Part shown: positions 8,956 through 18,680 of the stretch, one piece after another | Position numbering within the stretch: the first letter of the stretch is position 1 | How the letters are laid out: every line of letters begins with the position of its first letter | IMG/VR virus record: IMGVR_UViG_3300037483_000370 | Span: 3,690 to 67,689 of that record | Direction: 5' to 3' (one strand) | Length of the DNA stretch: 64,000 nt | Source: a virus | Taxonomy: Duplodnaviria > Caudoviricetes | Translations under genes and position numbers: made by a program | The notes under the pieces: generated by a model | What the model saw: only the letters and a program-made list of their open reading frames with translations | Told to the model about the DNA's origin: nothing | Databases searched by the model: none

Positions 8956-9192
8956 TTACATTATCTTCTTGCGCGTATATTGTCTTTTGGGATTTTGGAT
9001 AGCCCCCAGGGCCTCCGTCCTCTTTTCATTGGTAATCCGTGATATCTTGGGCATCGACGCCCAGGGAATCTTATTTGCTTGGGCAAACATCCTACGGTTG
9101 GCCCGGTTAGGCATTACCGGCTCTCCAGATTTCGTCGTCGATGGTAGGCCGTGGGGTGTGCTTTGCACTGCTGGTTTTTTAGTATGGAACAT
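8956..9192 (-). CDS. hypothetical basic protein
   Basis: 78-aa ORF containing NRANRR motif. Confidence 0.55.
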   Translation of the reverse strand: MFHTKKPAVQSTPHGLPSTTKSGEPVMPNRANRRMFAQANKIPWASMPKISRITNEKRTEALGAIQNPKRQYTRKKIM

Positions 9193-9195
9193 TGC

Positions 9196-9537
9196 TTAAC
9201 CCTTCCCATACGTTTTGGAGTGTTCGAGGTAAAAATCTATTGCCTGGCTTGGCATTAATGTAAGTTTTCTGGATTCTTGGAATCGGAGATCAAATATAGG
9301 GATATAACCTTGCGCGGAGAACTCTATGAGTTGCTTTCCGGTCATGGGCGTGATGTTTGGGTTTTCCTCCGGGGGCAGCTTGGCGAGTAACATTTCCTGG
9401 AGCTTTGACGGCCACATGGAAATACGCCGATATTTGGCCACTTGTTCGGGCGTCAATTGACGCTTGGCGTCAGCGAACATCACATAATACGTCTGGGCGA
9501 GATCTATCTGACGGTCAAAAAAGGTGACAGAACCCAT
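9196..9537 (-). CDS. hypothetical protein
   Basis: 113-aa ORF, first gene after the 9.6-kb promoter. Confidence 0.6.
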   Translation of the reverse strand: MGSVTFFDRQIDLAQTYYVMFADAKRQLTPEQVAKYRRISMWPSKLQEMLLAKLPPEENPNITPMTGKQLIEFSAQGYIPIFDLRFQESRKLTLMPSQAIDFYLEHSKTYGKG

Positions 9538-9593
9538 GTTTTAGCCCCGGAAGTCTTGAAAATGAATTATTTATTATATCCATATTTAATAAT

Positions 9594-9622
9594 AATATAG
9601 ACTATACCAATAATCATGTCAA
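9594..9622 (-). promoter_or_regulatory. sigma70-type promoter for the packaging operon
   Basis: TTGACA-17 nt-TATATT on the minus strand in an AT-rich gap. Confidence 0.65.
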
Positions 9623-9669
9623 AGCATTTCCGGGTCTGTTGGCGTGATAAGAATAAAAATTTAATATTC

Positions 9670-9816
9670 TTAAATATCTTCTTTTGCCCTATCCACCAGC
9701 ATTTTTAAATTATCATCAAAATCCAGGGTTCGCTCTTTTGTCGCCGCAAGATATTTGACAAGTAGATTTGCGATATTTTCTTCGATGCTGAAAAATTCAT
9801 CTTCGCTAAATTGCAT
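9670..9816 (-). CDS. small hypothetical protein (48 aa; not in ORF track)
   Basis: MQFSEDEFFSIEENIANLLVKYLAATKERTLDFDDNLKMLVDRAKEDI with GGAGG RBS. Confidence 0.55.
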   Translation of the reverse strand: MQFSEDEFFSIEENIANLLVKYLAATKERTLDFDDNLKMLVDRAKEDI

Positions 9817-10090
9817 AATCTCCTCCGTTATATTGTTAATCCCAATTCTCTTTTAAAACTTTCTGCATGTGTCATGGAATCAATTGGTAGTGTTAGAAAT
9901 ATAATAAAGGCGGTCAAGTCGTGATTTTAAAGGCATCGTGGCCCACCAGATTTTTACGGGCTTCAGAACCGCTTGACGGCTCCCTATCCCTACCGGCACC
10001 ACCCGGTTTTAATCTGGCCGTATCTCCCCTGACTTGTGGGGCTGTATGGTTCATACAACTTTCTCTTTCACCGCCATAATTTCAATCCTC

Positions 10091-10591
10091 CTATCCTTTA
10101 TCCGTTCCCGGTGGGGCGGGGAGTTTATTCAATTCTTCCATAGATATTTCAAATCCACATTTTGAGCAACAAAAAACATAATAGGGTAATGGAAATCCAT
10201 CAATAAATTCCTCTGTCTCAATGAGTTTGGTTTTGCATTTGGGGCATTGAATTGTTTTTTCTAATTGTAAAATAAATTTTAAAATAAAATCAAATGCCGA
10301 ATTATATATTTCCGCATCATGCCTGAATTGTTCACTGGATTTTTCGCTTGTTTTGATTTTATGTTTTTCTATTAACTCCCGCACGTCCTGCAAGCCGAGT
10401 GAGGATTCCCCGGAAAGCCCATCAATGAATTCAATTATTTCATCCGTCAACGCACAGTTAATGCTGTGTTTTTCCTGTATGTACTTTTTGATTTTATAAA
10501 TATTATTCATCTCATCCCTCCTGGTTATTTTATCCATTTTCTTGGCCCACTTTTCGGATGATCTTATTATTGCATCTTCAACTGCTCCCAT
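10091..10591 (-). CDS. hypothetical protein ending LPAPPGTDKG
   Basis: 166-aa ORF with CPKC...CSKC zinc motif. Confidence 0.65.
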   Translation of the reverse strand: MGAVEDAIIRSSEKWAKKMDKITRRDEMNNIYKIKKYIQEKHSINCALTDEIIEFIDGLSGESSLGLQDVRELIEKHKIKTSEKSSEQFRHDAEIYNSAFDFILKFILQLEKTIQCPKCKTKLIETEEFIDGFPLPYYVFCCSKCGFEISMEELNKLPAPPGTDKG

Positions 10592-10594
10592 GTC

Positions 10595-10774
10595 TCATCC
10601 CTCCTGTTTATCTGCATCTGGTAAGGGACACCATGAAGGAAGTTTTATGCCCAGAACACGTTTAACGCCAATACTATCCTCATGACATTCAAAAAATATT
10701 CCTGATCCTTTATATGGTATATGAACACAATGTTTGCATTCAGCGCAATTTTCTATTGTTAATAATTTTGACAT
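10595..10774 (-). CDS. small Cys-rich hypothetical protein (59 aa; not in ORF track)
   Basis: MSKLLTIENCAECKHC...KLPSWCPLPDADKQEG, GGAGG RBS. Confidence 0.6.
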   Translation of the reverse strand: MSKLLTIENCAECKHCVHIPYKGSGIFFECHEDSIGVKRVLGIKLPSWCPLPDADKQEG

Positions 10775-10943
10775 GCTATCCTCCTACTCCCTGGTGTTTG
10801 TTGTCGTGTAATATCCATTATTGCTGTATATGGTATAACTCCCACATGTCCCGCAATAAAATCCCCCCGTTGTCATCGTTCCGTACTGGCAGCGTTTACA
10901 ATTTGCGCAATAGTGATAATAATTCATCTCATCATCCTATCCT

Positions 10944-11183
10944 TTATCCGTTTCCGGTTAAATATTTTTTTTCACCATCAGGATATTTGTTAACTGCTTT
11001 TAAATAATTTTTTACTTGCTTTGCAGTATTTCCGCATACAGCTATACATGCAGAAGAACATATATATGCATCTTCCTCCCATGAATTATATGCATGTCCA
11101 AACGGAAGCATTACGTTTCTCCATCCATTATCAGAATTATATTTTTCTTCTTTTCCGCATACTATACATTTTCTAATTGCCAT
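10944..11183 (-). CDS. hypothetical zinc-ribbon protein
   Basis: CIVC...CSSAC motif. Confidence 0.6.
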   Translation of the reverse strand: MAIRKCIVCGKEEKYNSDNGWRNVMLPFGHAYNSWEEDAYICSSACIAVCGNTAKQVKNYLKAVNKYPDGEKKYLTGNG

Positions 11184-11188
11184 GACTC

Positions 11189-11449
11189 CTATCCTTTATC
11201 CGTTCCCGGTGGGGCGGGGAGTAGTTTCAATATTTCTTCAAGTGTCATCCGTCTTATACCCTGATATACCGTAACGGACATTTTCTTTTTATGGCTCCGC
11301 TCTATTTTTAAAATTTCCTTTTCTATATATCCCCGCACGTCTGGCCAGCCGGGGGAGGATTGAGTTTGTATCAAATCAGCGGTTTTAGAAATATCGGTAT
11401 GACCATTTTTAAAATCCGATAATATGCTTAATAATCTATTCTCGTCCAT
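11189..11449 (-). CDS. hypothetical protein ending LPAPPGTDKG
   Basis: 86-aa ORF; shares its C-terminus and an internal DVR..IEK segment with 10091..10591. Confidence 0.65.
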   Translation of the reverse strand: MDENRLLSILSDFKNGHTDISKTADLIQTQSSPGWPDVRGYIEKEILKIERSHKKKMSVTVYQGIRRMTLEEILKLLPAPPGTDKG

Positions 11450-11474
11450 CCTCTCCCCTCCTTTGCTATATATG

Positions 11475-11825
11475 TTAAGTTATTTGGCTTGCTTTAATCC
11501 CGTATTGCCAATTTTCTCTTATCTGCCGCAACCGTGCTTTTTCTTCATCGGGCAATTCATCGGGCTGAACTCTTTGCCCCTTCCATGTCGTGGCTGAACA
11601 TACCAAAATACCCATAGCGTGAAGGTAATCTTGAGAATATTTTTTATATTTCTCTAATCGTTCTTTTAATTCGGGCGTTTCGTCAACCTCCACCCCGGTT
11701 CCAAACATCCCACCATTGTTTCCGCAATAAGGACACCAATATTCACATCCACTAAAAGCGAATGTCCAAACCAAAGGAACCTGGTAATCATCGTGTCGAT
11801 CACAAATTTTTATTCCGCGGTTCAT
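11475..11825 (-). CDS. hypothetical zinc-binding protein
   Basis: 116-aa ORF, WCPYCG motif. Confidence 0.6.
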   Translation of the reverse strand: MNRGIKICDRHDDYQVPLVWTFAFSGCEYWCPYCGNNGGMFGTGVEVDETPELKERLEKYKKYSQDYLHAMGILVCSATTWKGQRVQPDELPDEEKARLRQIRENWQYGIKASQIT

Positions 11826-11982
11826 GCCTCATAACCCTCCTAAATACTATCAGTCCTTTTTAAACACCAATATGATCTCAACTTCTACTTCTCTGCCGCC
11901 GCAATCCACCTCTATTATATCAGCCACTATACGACCGTTCTGGATGAGCTTATCAATATTGTCCTTGCTTAATCTTATTATT

Positions 11983-12312
11983 TTAGTTTCCATGCGACGC
12001 ACCATTCCTGACGGTTAATTTCAATTCTTCCTCTATAGAATAATATTTTTCAATGTTCCCGCGGTCGATATTTGGGATATCAGCTTGCAAATGCGATTTC
12101 AGGTATCTTTGGACCTCCCATCGATTCATCTTTTGACCGAAAAACACTCTGGTTTCATAATGATCTGGCACATACTCAATTTCATGATTGTTGCTTTTGA
12201 TCAGTCTCGTTTTAAAAGGAGAGCGAATAAAATCTTTCATTTCTTCTATGGTTTTCAGTCCGGTGCCATGCTCAAATTTTCTTCTATATTTTCTGCGCTG
12301 CGCTGAGTTCAT
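11983..12312 (-). CDS. hypothetical protein
   Basis: 109-aa ORF in operon orientation. Confidence 0.55.
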   Translation of the reverse strand: MNSAQRRKYRRKFEHGTGLKTIEEMKDFIRSPFKTRLIKSNNHEIEYVPDHYETRVFFGQKMNRWEVQRYLKSHLQADIPNIDRGNIEKYYSIEEELKLTVRNGASHGN

Positions 12313-12317
12313 AATAT

Positions 12318-12791
12318 TTATTTGGTATCATCCGCCGGTTGTCTTAAGTCTGTCAACATCTGAAACCCCTGCCCCTGAATCAGTTCATAGAACGTCCGGC
12401 CCCGTACCCGATCATACAAAAATGGGAGAAAGACTTGCATAGCCTGAACATGGTTCAATTGGATCATGGCAATCTGCGAACAGATCCAGACATAGATGAT
12501 TTTCCAGGATGTCCTTTTGGCTTGGGCCTCTAACCATGCTTTCGGCTTTTTTCGATATGCGGGGATCTGCCGTAAAATTTCGTGTGCAGCATCCACATGC
12601 GCCGGAATCTTGTAGCTGAACCCGGTCCCATCAGGAAGGTTTATGCTAAAAACGATGCCATTGAGAAACCCATCCTTATAAGTCTTTTCGATCTTATTGG
12701 CACCGATGGACACCAACTCGGCCTCAATCAAGAATACGGTGCGCTCCACAGGGACCTGACTGGTATAATTTTTAATCTTTGTATTGTTCAT
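12318..12791 (-). CDS. hypothetical phage protein
   Basis: 157-aa ORF, ATGA overlap with upstream gene. Confidence 0.65.
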   Translation of the reverse strand: MNNTKIKNYTSQVPVERTVFLIEAELVSIGANKIEKTYKDGFLNGIVFSINLPDGTGFSYKIPAHVDAAHEILRQIPAYRKKPKAWLEAQAKRTSWKIIYVWICSQIAMIQLNHVQAMQVFLPFLYDRVRGRTFYELIQGQGFQMLTDLRQPADDTK

Positions 12792-13426
12792 AATGACACG
12801 TTCTCCGCATATATATCCCGTACTTTCCAGGCGTCAATCCATGTCGGCATGTCCCCGCCGAGTTCTTGACCATGGCCATCAATAATATCTTCAAATTGGT
12901 CGGATGGGTACATCATAATGCTTTGATAATCAAACGGATATTTTGAATAATCATATAATTCAGGAATCCTATATATAAATTGCCATACAATGTCAAGATC
13001 ATCAGCCACAAGATCCAGGGTAATACTGATATATAAATCCCTATCGGGACGGCACATCTCATGCATAAGGCCCAATATATGACCGAGTTCATGCAGGATA
13101 AATCGCTCCTCCATAATAGCAAGCCCCATAATATTTTCCCCGCTAGGATCATAACCGGTATTTACACAAAAATTTGTATCTCCGTCCTGATGGATGATTT
13201 GTAAAACCTGAGTATTTTTCGGTATGTCCGATACACCAACAAGCAAAAACTCTACTTTCATATCAGAAACAACTTCCCAGATGATCATGGCTTTAACGAT
13301 TGCCATTTCTTCTTCTGCCGTGAACCCGATCATAATAAAAGGTATCTTGCCGCTGGGCCACTGCTGCAGGGTTGCTTCATGACTACAAGCCACGAAAAAG
13401 AATAAAATTACTATTGCTTTACGCAC
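12788..13426 (-). CDS. astacin-family (M12A) zinc metallopeptidase, predicted lipoprotein
   Basis: HELGHILGLMHEMCRPDRD fits the astacin HEXXHXXGXXHEXXRXDRD signature; Met-turn SIMMY; N-terminal hydrophobic stretch ending FVAC. Confidence 0.88.
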   Translation of the reverse strand: MRKAIVILFFFVACSHEATLQQWPSGKIPFIMIGFTAEEEMAIVKAMIIWEVVSDMKVEFLLVGVSDIPKNTQVLQIIHQDGDTNFCVNTGYDPSGENIMGLAIMEERFILHELGHILGLMHEMCRPDRDLYISITLDLVADDLDIVWQFIYRIPELYDYSKYPFDYQSIMMYPSDQFEDIIDGHGQELGGDMPTWIDAWKVRDIYAENVSL

Positions 13427-13785
13427 CAGAATCCCTTTTCCTCGTTAAAATATATGTAGTGCCGGATCATCAGGTCCTCCCAGATCCTTTCCAGGAGCGC
13501 ACGGGCGGCCTCGGGGTTATTCCCTATATTAAATGAATCATTGCAAGTATCGCAACTCCAGGCTATATTCCAACGGTGGTGTACGATCAGCTCTATAACC
13601 GCATTATCCACTTCTCGTCCCTGTTCCCGGAGCATGTTGCGGATCATATCCTGGTTGTCCTCTCCCTTCCCGATACGATGGGCCATCTGCCAGCCGCGGC
13701 GTTCGCATTTCTGACACGCTCCACGGGCGCGATCCCGGATGATTCGGGCCTGCTCCTCGATATTAAACCGTGTCCGTTCGTTCAT
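13411..13785 (-). CDS. HNH-like endonuclease
   Basis: CQKC...AHRI...HRWNIAWSCDTCN pattern. Confidence 0.6.
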   Translation of the reverse strand: MNERTRFNIEEQARIIRDRARGACQKCERRGWQMAHRIGKGEDNQDMIRNMLREQGREVDNAVIELIVHHRWNIAWSCDTCNDSFNIGNNPEAARALLERIWEDLMIRHYIYFNEEKGFWCVKQ

Positions 13786-13905
13786 ATTACACCTTTATAA
13801 AAAAATCAAGGACGGGGTGATGTTGAGATAACACATTCATCTGTCTTTTTAGGAGTGGATTTTATGGGGGACCACCCCGCCCTGGGTAATGAGCTATGTG
13901 ACGCT

Positions 13906-14130
13906 TTACGTCTCCTTTTTTAGTTGATCGATGAAATCATCAATATCCTTCAAGCAGTCTGCACTATATACGGCTTGTACCGTTGGGAAAAAACAGTATT
14001 GACGCCACTGTGGCATCCACCGTACTTCGCCAAGCTCGACATTGGACTTATTATTACAGCACGACCATACAGATGTTTTTGGCTTATCTTCCTTTTTCAC
14101 AAAATGGATATAAGTATATCTTGTGTTCAT
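13906..14130 (-). CDS. hypothetical phage protein
   Basis: 74-aa ORF (LGEVRWMPQWRQYCFFP). Confidence 0.6.
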   Translation of the reverse strand: MNTRYTYIHFVKKEDKPKTSVWSCCNNKSNVELGEVRWMPQWRQYCFFPTVQAVYSADCLKDIDDFIDQLKKET

Positions 14131-14816
14131 GGCTTGATCCTTTTAAATGAAATACACCAAACGTATGGATTAACATCCCAACTAAAGCCGCGCTTGGCGT
14201 TTATTGAATCCCATAATTGTTTGAACCTATAAATTGCATCTTCGGAATAATCAGGAACATCAATTTTAATACCTTCGCTGATACAATCAATGACCGAGAT
14301 ATTTTGAACCCGCTCGACCCTAACCCCCGTTATCTCAAGGATGATCCGGCTTGCCCAACGGGGCATGAATCGCGCCGCTCTCTTGCGCCCAGTATTTCCG
14401 AAGTCAAGATCATTATTGCACCATGGCCGGTATGCACCGTCGGCTGGATACCACAATGGACATGCTGGGCCAATATCATAGCCCGCATCCATAGCCTTCT
14501 GCAATATCTCGGTCCCGTTCAAATTATCCAACTCTGTTCCAGTCTGCCATGTTTCTTTTACCCATAGGTGATCGCCGGGTTGGCCATAGGGACATGAGAA
14601 ATAAATATTCTGATCTTTAATTATGTTTAAATTATCCAGCATTGCCCAATGATGTTTTCCCTCTTGCCTTTTATCTCCAGTTGTTGATAGGGTCGTAATG
14701 AGTTTATAATGCTCGTCGGGTGGCTGTATTTTCATCACTCGCCGGGTCATTGTCTTCAAGTCGTTTAAAGTTGCCAGAACCATCGGGCCGATCAACGGAA
14801 GAGGTCGTTCTTTCAT
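14127..14816 (-). CDS. ASCH-like phage protein
   Basis: MKERP...MV.A.L...KTMTRR, CPYGQPGDHLWVKETW, FMPRWASRIILEITGVRVER, NPYVW motifs. Confidence 0.7.
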   Translation of the reverse strand: MKERPLPLIGPMVLATLNDLKTMTRRVMKIQPPDEHYKLITTLSTTGDKRQEGKHHWAMLDNLNIIKDQNIYFSCPYGQPGDHLWVKETWQTGTELDNLNGTEILQKAMDAGYDIGPACPLWYPADGAYRPWCNNDLDFGNTGRKRAARFMPRWASRIILEITGVRVERVQNISVIDCISEGIKIDVPDYSEDAIYRFKQLWDSINAKRGFSWDVNPYVWCISFKRIKP

Positions 14817-16666
14817 GATAACACCCCCACTTTCGGTATAGCATTACCCATCAGGTTGGCCCTGACCAAAGCTTCGGCAAATTGAGGGGGAACCGCGTTT
14901 CCGCATTTCGCTACCTGCTCCGCCTTTGACAGCTTTTTTCCCTCGCTGTCCCGCGCGATAATGTAATCCGGTGGAAATCCCTGGGCCGCGAACAGTTCAT
15001 GCGGCTCCAACATTCTCATGCCGATATCTACAATCTGATATTCCTGCCCATAGATTGTGACCAGCCCAAAACGATGCTTGCTGGTTACGGTCTGCAGCGG
15101 ATCGGTACACCCCTGACCGATGTTGGTACCGTAATATTTCAAGAGGAAGGCCCGGATCTCGCCTATATGAAGTCCGCCGGCGGTCACGGTGGGCATGGGC
15201 TCGGTCACCGGCTGACCGTGCCGGCAGGTCCCACGCAGTTTAACCAGGTGACTGGTGACAAGAGAAAATCTATTTGATGTATCAACAGTCTTTATCGGTT
15301 CATCTGGCAGTTGACCGCGTGTGTCCATAGGATGTTTTTGACCATGATATTTTGATAAAAATGCTGTTACGAGGCTGTCCTTGCTTTTGGTGGTGGCGGT
15401 ACCTGTCGGGGCCTTCATTCCATGCCCCACAGATTGCCCGAAATGACGCGCTATATACGCGGTTACGAGTGCATTATGGTCCTTGGTCGTAACCGTTAAC
15501 AATGGCTTGTCCGGCGCATTCCCCGCTCCTTCATAATTACCGCCGTAGTGTTTAGCAAGAAACGCGGCAACCAGGGCATGTTTCTGCCCCCCGGCCACCA
15601 CCGTCCCCAGCGGCTTATCAAGTCCTGGTACCCGCGGAGCCTGGCCCTTGCGCTCTCCATATCCTGTTTGAATAAGCGTAGGCTCGACCAGCAGGTGCTC
15701 GGCCTTGCTGGTTATTGTGGTAATTGGCTGATCGATCGGGTATTGCATCCGATCGCCGCCGAACCCGGTCTGCCCTATCCGCGCAACGAACGGAGTAACA
15801 ACACCCCAACCGTTTTTTGAGGTTATCGTCTGCATCGGATCATTGATTTTCTGCCCGCGGAAGTCCTCGCCCTGGTGGTTCACCTTGATAATAAACGGAT
15901 TCGGATTATCGATCACAAACCTCTGTATCCCACGCGCGATCCGGCGCATGGTGTTCTCAGCCAGGGGCTTCTTGCGCTCAAATATTGACGGACATGGCAG
16001 TGACCAGTCTATGATCTCGGCGGCCGTTCGCCAGGGCTTAAGCATACCCGTTTTGACCTTAATGCTTGCCGGATCCCCGTGGGTAGGATCTGGCCACACA
16101 ATAGGCTGACCATCACACCGGGCGATTAAAAATAGCCGTTTCCTCGATGTGGGGACACCATAATCGCAGGCCCGGAGCTCACGCCACTCAACGTCATATC
16201 CCTGACGACGGAGAGCGTTGACAAACGCATTGAAAGTACGTCCTTTGCGCTTGGGGCACGGCTTATCGTTCTCCAGGAGCGGACCCCATGTCTTGAACTC
16301 CTCGACGTTTTCCAGGATGATGACCCTGGGATGAACGGTCGCCGCCCACCGCACGGCCACCCAAGCGAGGCCACGGATGTGTTTCTTGACGGGTTTTCCA
16401 CCCTTGGCCTTACTAAAATGGGCGCAATCGGGCGATAGCCAGCATAGGGCCACCGGACGACCCTGGGTAACCTCCGCGGGCTTAACATTCCATACCGATT
16501 CACATAAAACCATTGTCCCTGAATGATTCGCCTTATACATAGCAATGGCAATTGGGTCATGGTTAATGGCGATATCTACAGGCCGCCCGAGAGCGATTTC
16601 AATACCGGTACTGGCTCCTCCTCCGCCCGCAAAATTATCTATTATCAATTCATGTACATTGGTCAT
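14813..16666 (-). CDS. DNA cytosine-5 methyltransferase (large phage type)
   Basis: Motif I DNFAGGGGAS, motif IV SPDC.HFS, motif VI ENV, motif VIII RKRLFLIA, motif X GNAVPP. Confidence 0.93.
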   Translation of the reverse strand: MTNVHELIIDNFAGGGGASTGIEIALGRPVDIAINHDPIAIAMYKANHSGTMVLCESVWNVKPAEVTQGRPVALCWLSPDCAHFSKAKGGKPVKKHIRGLAWVAVRWAATVHPRVIILENVEEFKTWGPLLENDKPCPKRKGRTFNAFVNALRRQGYDVEWRELRACDYGVPTSRKRLFLIARCDGQPIVWPDPTHGDPASIKVKTGMLKPWRTAAEIIDWSLPCPSIFERKKPLAENTMRRIARGIQRFVIDNPNPFIIKVNHQGEDFRGQKINDPMQTITSKNGWGVVTPFVARIGQTGFGGDRMQYPIDQPITTITSKAEHLLVEPTLIQTGYGERKGQAPRVPGLDKPLGTVVAGGQKHALVAAFLAKHYGGNYEGAGNAPDKPLLTVTTKDHNALVTAYIARHFGQSVGHGMKAPTGTATTKSKDSLVTAFLSKYHGQKHPMDTRGQLPDEPIKTVDTSNRFSLVTSHLVKLRGTCRHGQPVTEPMPTVTAGGLHIGEIRAFLLKYYGTNIGQGCTDPLQTVTSKHRFGLVTIYGQEYQIVDIGMRMLEPHELFAAQGFPPDYIIARDSEGKKLSKAEQVAKCGNAVPPQFAEALVRANLMGNAIPKVGVLS

Positions 16667-17460
16667 TATACAACTCCACTCTGGTTAATATCTATCTTCG
16701 TGATTAAATCATCAAGCGCACGTCTGGCTCCCAATATATTATTTTTGAAGTCGGGGTCTATACTGTCTGCGAGATTTTTCTTTATCTGATCCAGTTGACT
16801 CCGCACACTCCAAGCATGTGGATTGTCGTTAATTCCCAGCGTGACGAGAATTTCTTTGATCTCCTCCAGGATTTTTATCTGATCCTTGAGCCTGCGGTTT
16901 TCATCGTCCACCTGGTCGATACGCTCCTTGATCGTCTTTTGTAGTGCCTGGGATACAGAGTGTCCGAGAGTATAGTCAATTTTTTTATCCTCCAACCATT
17001 GTTTCCAATAATCACGCTTGTCCAGATGGTATTCTTTGGTAAATTTCGCCCTGCACATGAGGATATACAATAAAAGATCGACCGGTGGTTTAATATCCCG
17101 ATGAGCAGCCTTTTTAATAATGAAAAGTTTATTCCCAGTTTTAGAGGGTGACATCAACCCTATTTCCGGGTGCAGCTCATCAGCAGAAAGTATTTCTTTT
17201 GGCGCAACCACATACAGTTGGTTGCATAGGTCAAGATATAGGTGCATCTTTTGGTCTTTCAAAAAATCACTTCTTGATACTTTAATTTCATAACCAATCC
17301 AGGCCATTTTTTTCCATGAGCGGGTCATTACCCAGGCATCAAGCCGCAGGTGGGTTGAAAACCAGGTTGAACCATCCTTGCACTCCGGGATAAATATATC
17401 TTCATGGTGCTTATCCGATAAAAGCTCAAGAATCTGATGGGATGATATTGTCGATGACAT
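16666..17460 (-). CDS. MmcB-like PD-(D/E)XK nuclease
   Basis: RLDAW...GYEIKVSRSDFLKDQK..LY...CNQLYVVAP. Confidence 0.75.
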   Translation of the reverse strand: MSSTISSHQILELLSDKHHEDIFIPECKDGSTWFSTHLRLDAWVMTRSWKKMAWIGYEIKVSRSDFLKDQKMHLYLDLCNQLYVVAPKEILSADELHPEIGLMSPSKTGNKLFIIKKAAHRDIKPPVDLLLYILMCRAKFTKEYHLDKRDYWKQWLEDKKIDYTLGHSVSQALQKTIKERIDQVDDENRRLKDQIKILEEIKEILVTLGINDNPHAWSVRSQLDQIKKNLADSIDPDFKNNILGARRALDDLITKIDINQSGVV

Positions 17461-17663
17461 TATTTCCCTTCCTCCAGCTTGTTCAGTAACATCTTATATC
17501 CCCACTCGGTTATCGTTCCCGTTTCGTCAAAAGCCCTCCGCGGCAACCAGACTTCCTCGCCGTGCCAGGATTTCAGTAAATAGGCTTTTGATGTTTCCCG
17601 GATTATTTCCAGTTCATAGTCGTTTCCAGATCCGGTGAGGCCAATGTACAGATTGTCGCTCAC
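17460..17663 (-). CDS. hypothetical phage protein
   Basis: ETSKAYLL...EVWLPR motif common in small phage ORFs. Confidence 0.6.
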   Translation of the reverse strand: MSDNLYIGLTGSGNDYELEIIRETSKAYLLKSWHGEEVWLPRRAFDETGTITEWGYKMLLNKLEEGK

Positions 17664-17947
17664 GTCCGATCCTCAGTTTTATAGTTGATCGCCCTCGCCA
17701 TGGCTACTTTAGCATCGTACGTTTTTCTATGCTCCGGTAGCTTTTCCCACATGAAATGACAAGCACTCAGGTCGGCAGCATCTCGTGGCACTACCTGTAA
17801 TTTAAGTGGGGTAACTCCATAGGCAATTTCAACGATTGAATTGCTTGACGCGCCGCAGTCTCGATCTTCTCGAAAACTACATGTCCCTGCTTGGCTTGCG
17901 CGGTCTACCAGAAATTGAATATCCTCTAACCATTCTTGCTCAGTCAT
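17660..17947 (-). CDS. hypothetical protein
   Basis: 95-aa ORF with overlaps on both sides. Confidence 0.6.
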   Translation of the reverse strand: MTEQEWLEDIQFLVDRASQAGTCSFREDRDCGASSNSIVEIAYGVTPLKLQVVPRDAADLSACHFMWEKLPEHRKTYDAKVAMARAINYKTEDRT

Positions 17948-18678
17948 GCTATTGCCTCCGGGAACTCTTTAATATCCTTCCGATTCCAGATTTCAGCTAT
18001 ATTGTTTTTTAAAAATATTGGGGTATCAGGTGCGCCAAAAACAATGTCCTCGATCCATTCCCGGAGCGGCACGATTCTCTCCTTCCGATTCCCTGTCTCC
18101 GCGCCGACTATAATCCAATCTAGGGCATTGGTGTTGATCGCGGATCGCTGAATCCGCTCCATGATCGGCTCGATGGAAAGGAAGACGATATTGCTAAATT
18201 TATGACGATAAAGAGCTTGGGTTCGATCGATAACCTCCCGCTTGGTCGTTGCCGTGGCCCCCAGCCAGCAGTTTTTCGGGAAATGGTATTGACTATATAC
18301 TACCGGTGCCTTGGTCAAAAACATGAAAGTGTGTTGTGGACGTTCATAAATAACATCCAAGACCTCATGCATCCATTTCCGTTTCCAAAAGACGATATCG
18401 CTCATGGAATTAACGAAGATTTGGCATGGCTTTTTCGGCCAGGACCGGAACCTAATCCAATTTGATTCTAGCCATGTCGGTTGAAACTCCCGGATCCGTT
18501 CCTTTAGACGAGGATCCCCGCATCCGCCAAGGCTGGTCCAAAATTTATTCTCTTTGGCCGCCCAGGGGCCTGCAAACCGCCGGGCCATTGACCGGGCATA
18601 ACAATATGGACAGGTATTTTTACAACCGGTGACAGGATTCCACGTAAAATCTGCCCAATCAATCTTGGTTTGTTGCAT
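17944..18678 (-). CDS. DUF5131 family protein (phage gp37/gp68, radical-SAM-like)
   Basis: TKIDW.D.TWNPVTGCKNTCPYCYAR, IFVNSMSD, FLTK, FLSIEP, DWIIVGAETG. Confidence 0.88.
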   Translation of the reverse strand: MQQTKIDWADFTWNPVTGCKNTCPYCYARSMARRFAGPWAAKENKFWTSLGGCGDPRLKERIREFQPTWLESNWIRFRSWPKKPCQIFVNSMSDIVFWKRKWMHEVLDVIYERPQHTFMFLTKAPVVYSQYHFPKNCWLGATATTKREVIDRTQALYRHKFSNIVFLSIEPIMERIQRSAINTNALDWIIVGAETGNRKERIVPLREWIEDIVFGAPDTPIFLKNNIAEIWNRKDIKEFPEAIA

Positions 18679-18680
18679 AA

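Larger units (their letters stand above)
10089..11222. repeat. dispersed gene-junction repeat: 36 bp identical at 10089-10124 and 11187-11222, 24-bp variant at 10935-10958
   Basis: tcctatcctttatccgttcccggtggggcggggagt read directly; covers gene end, stop and next RBS. Confidence 0.9.
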
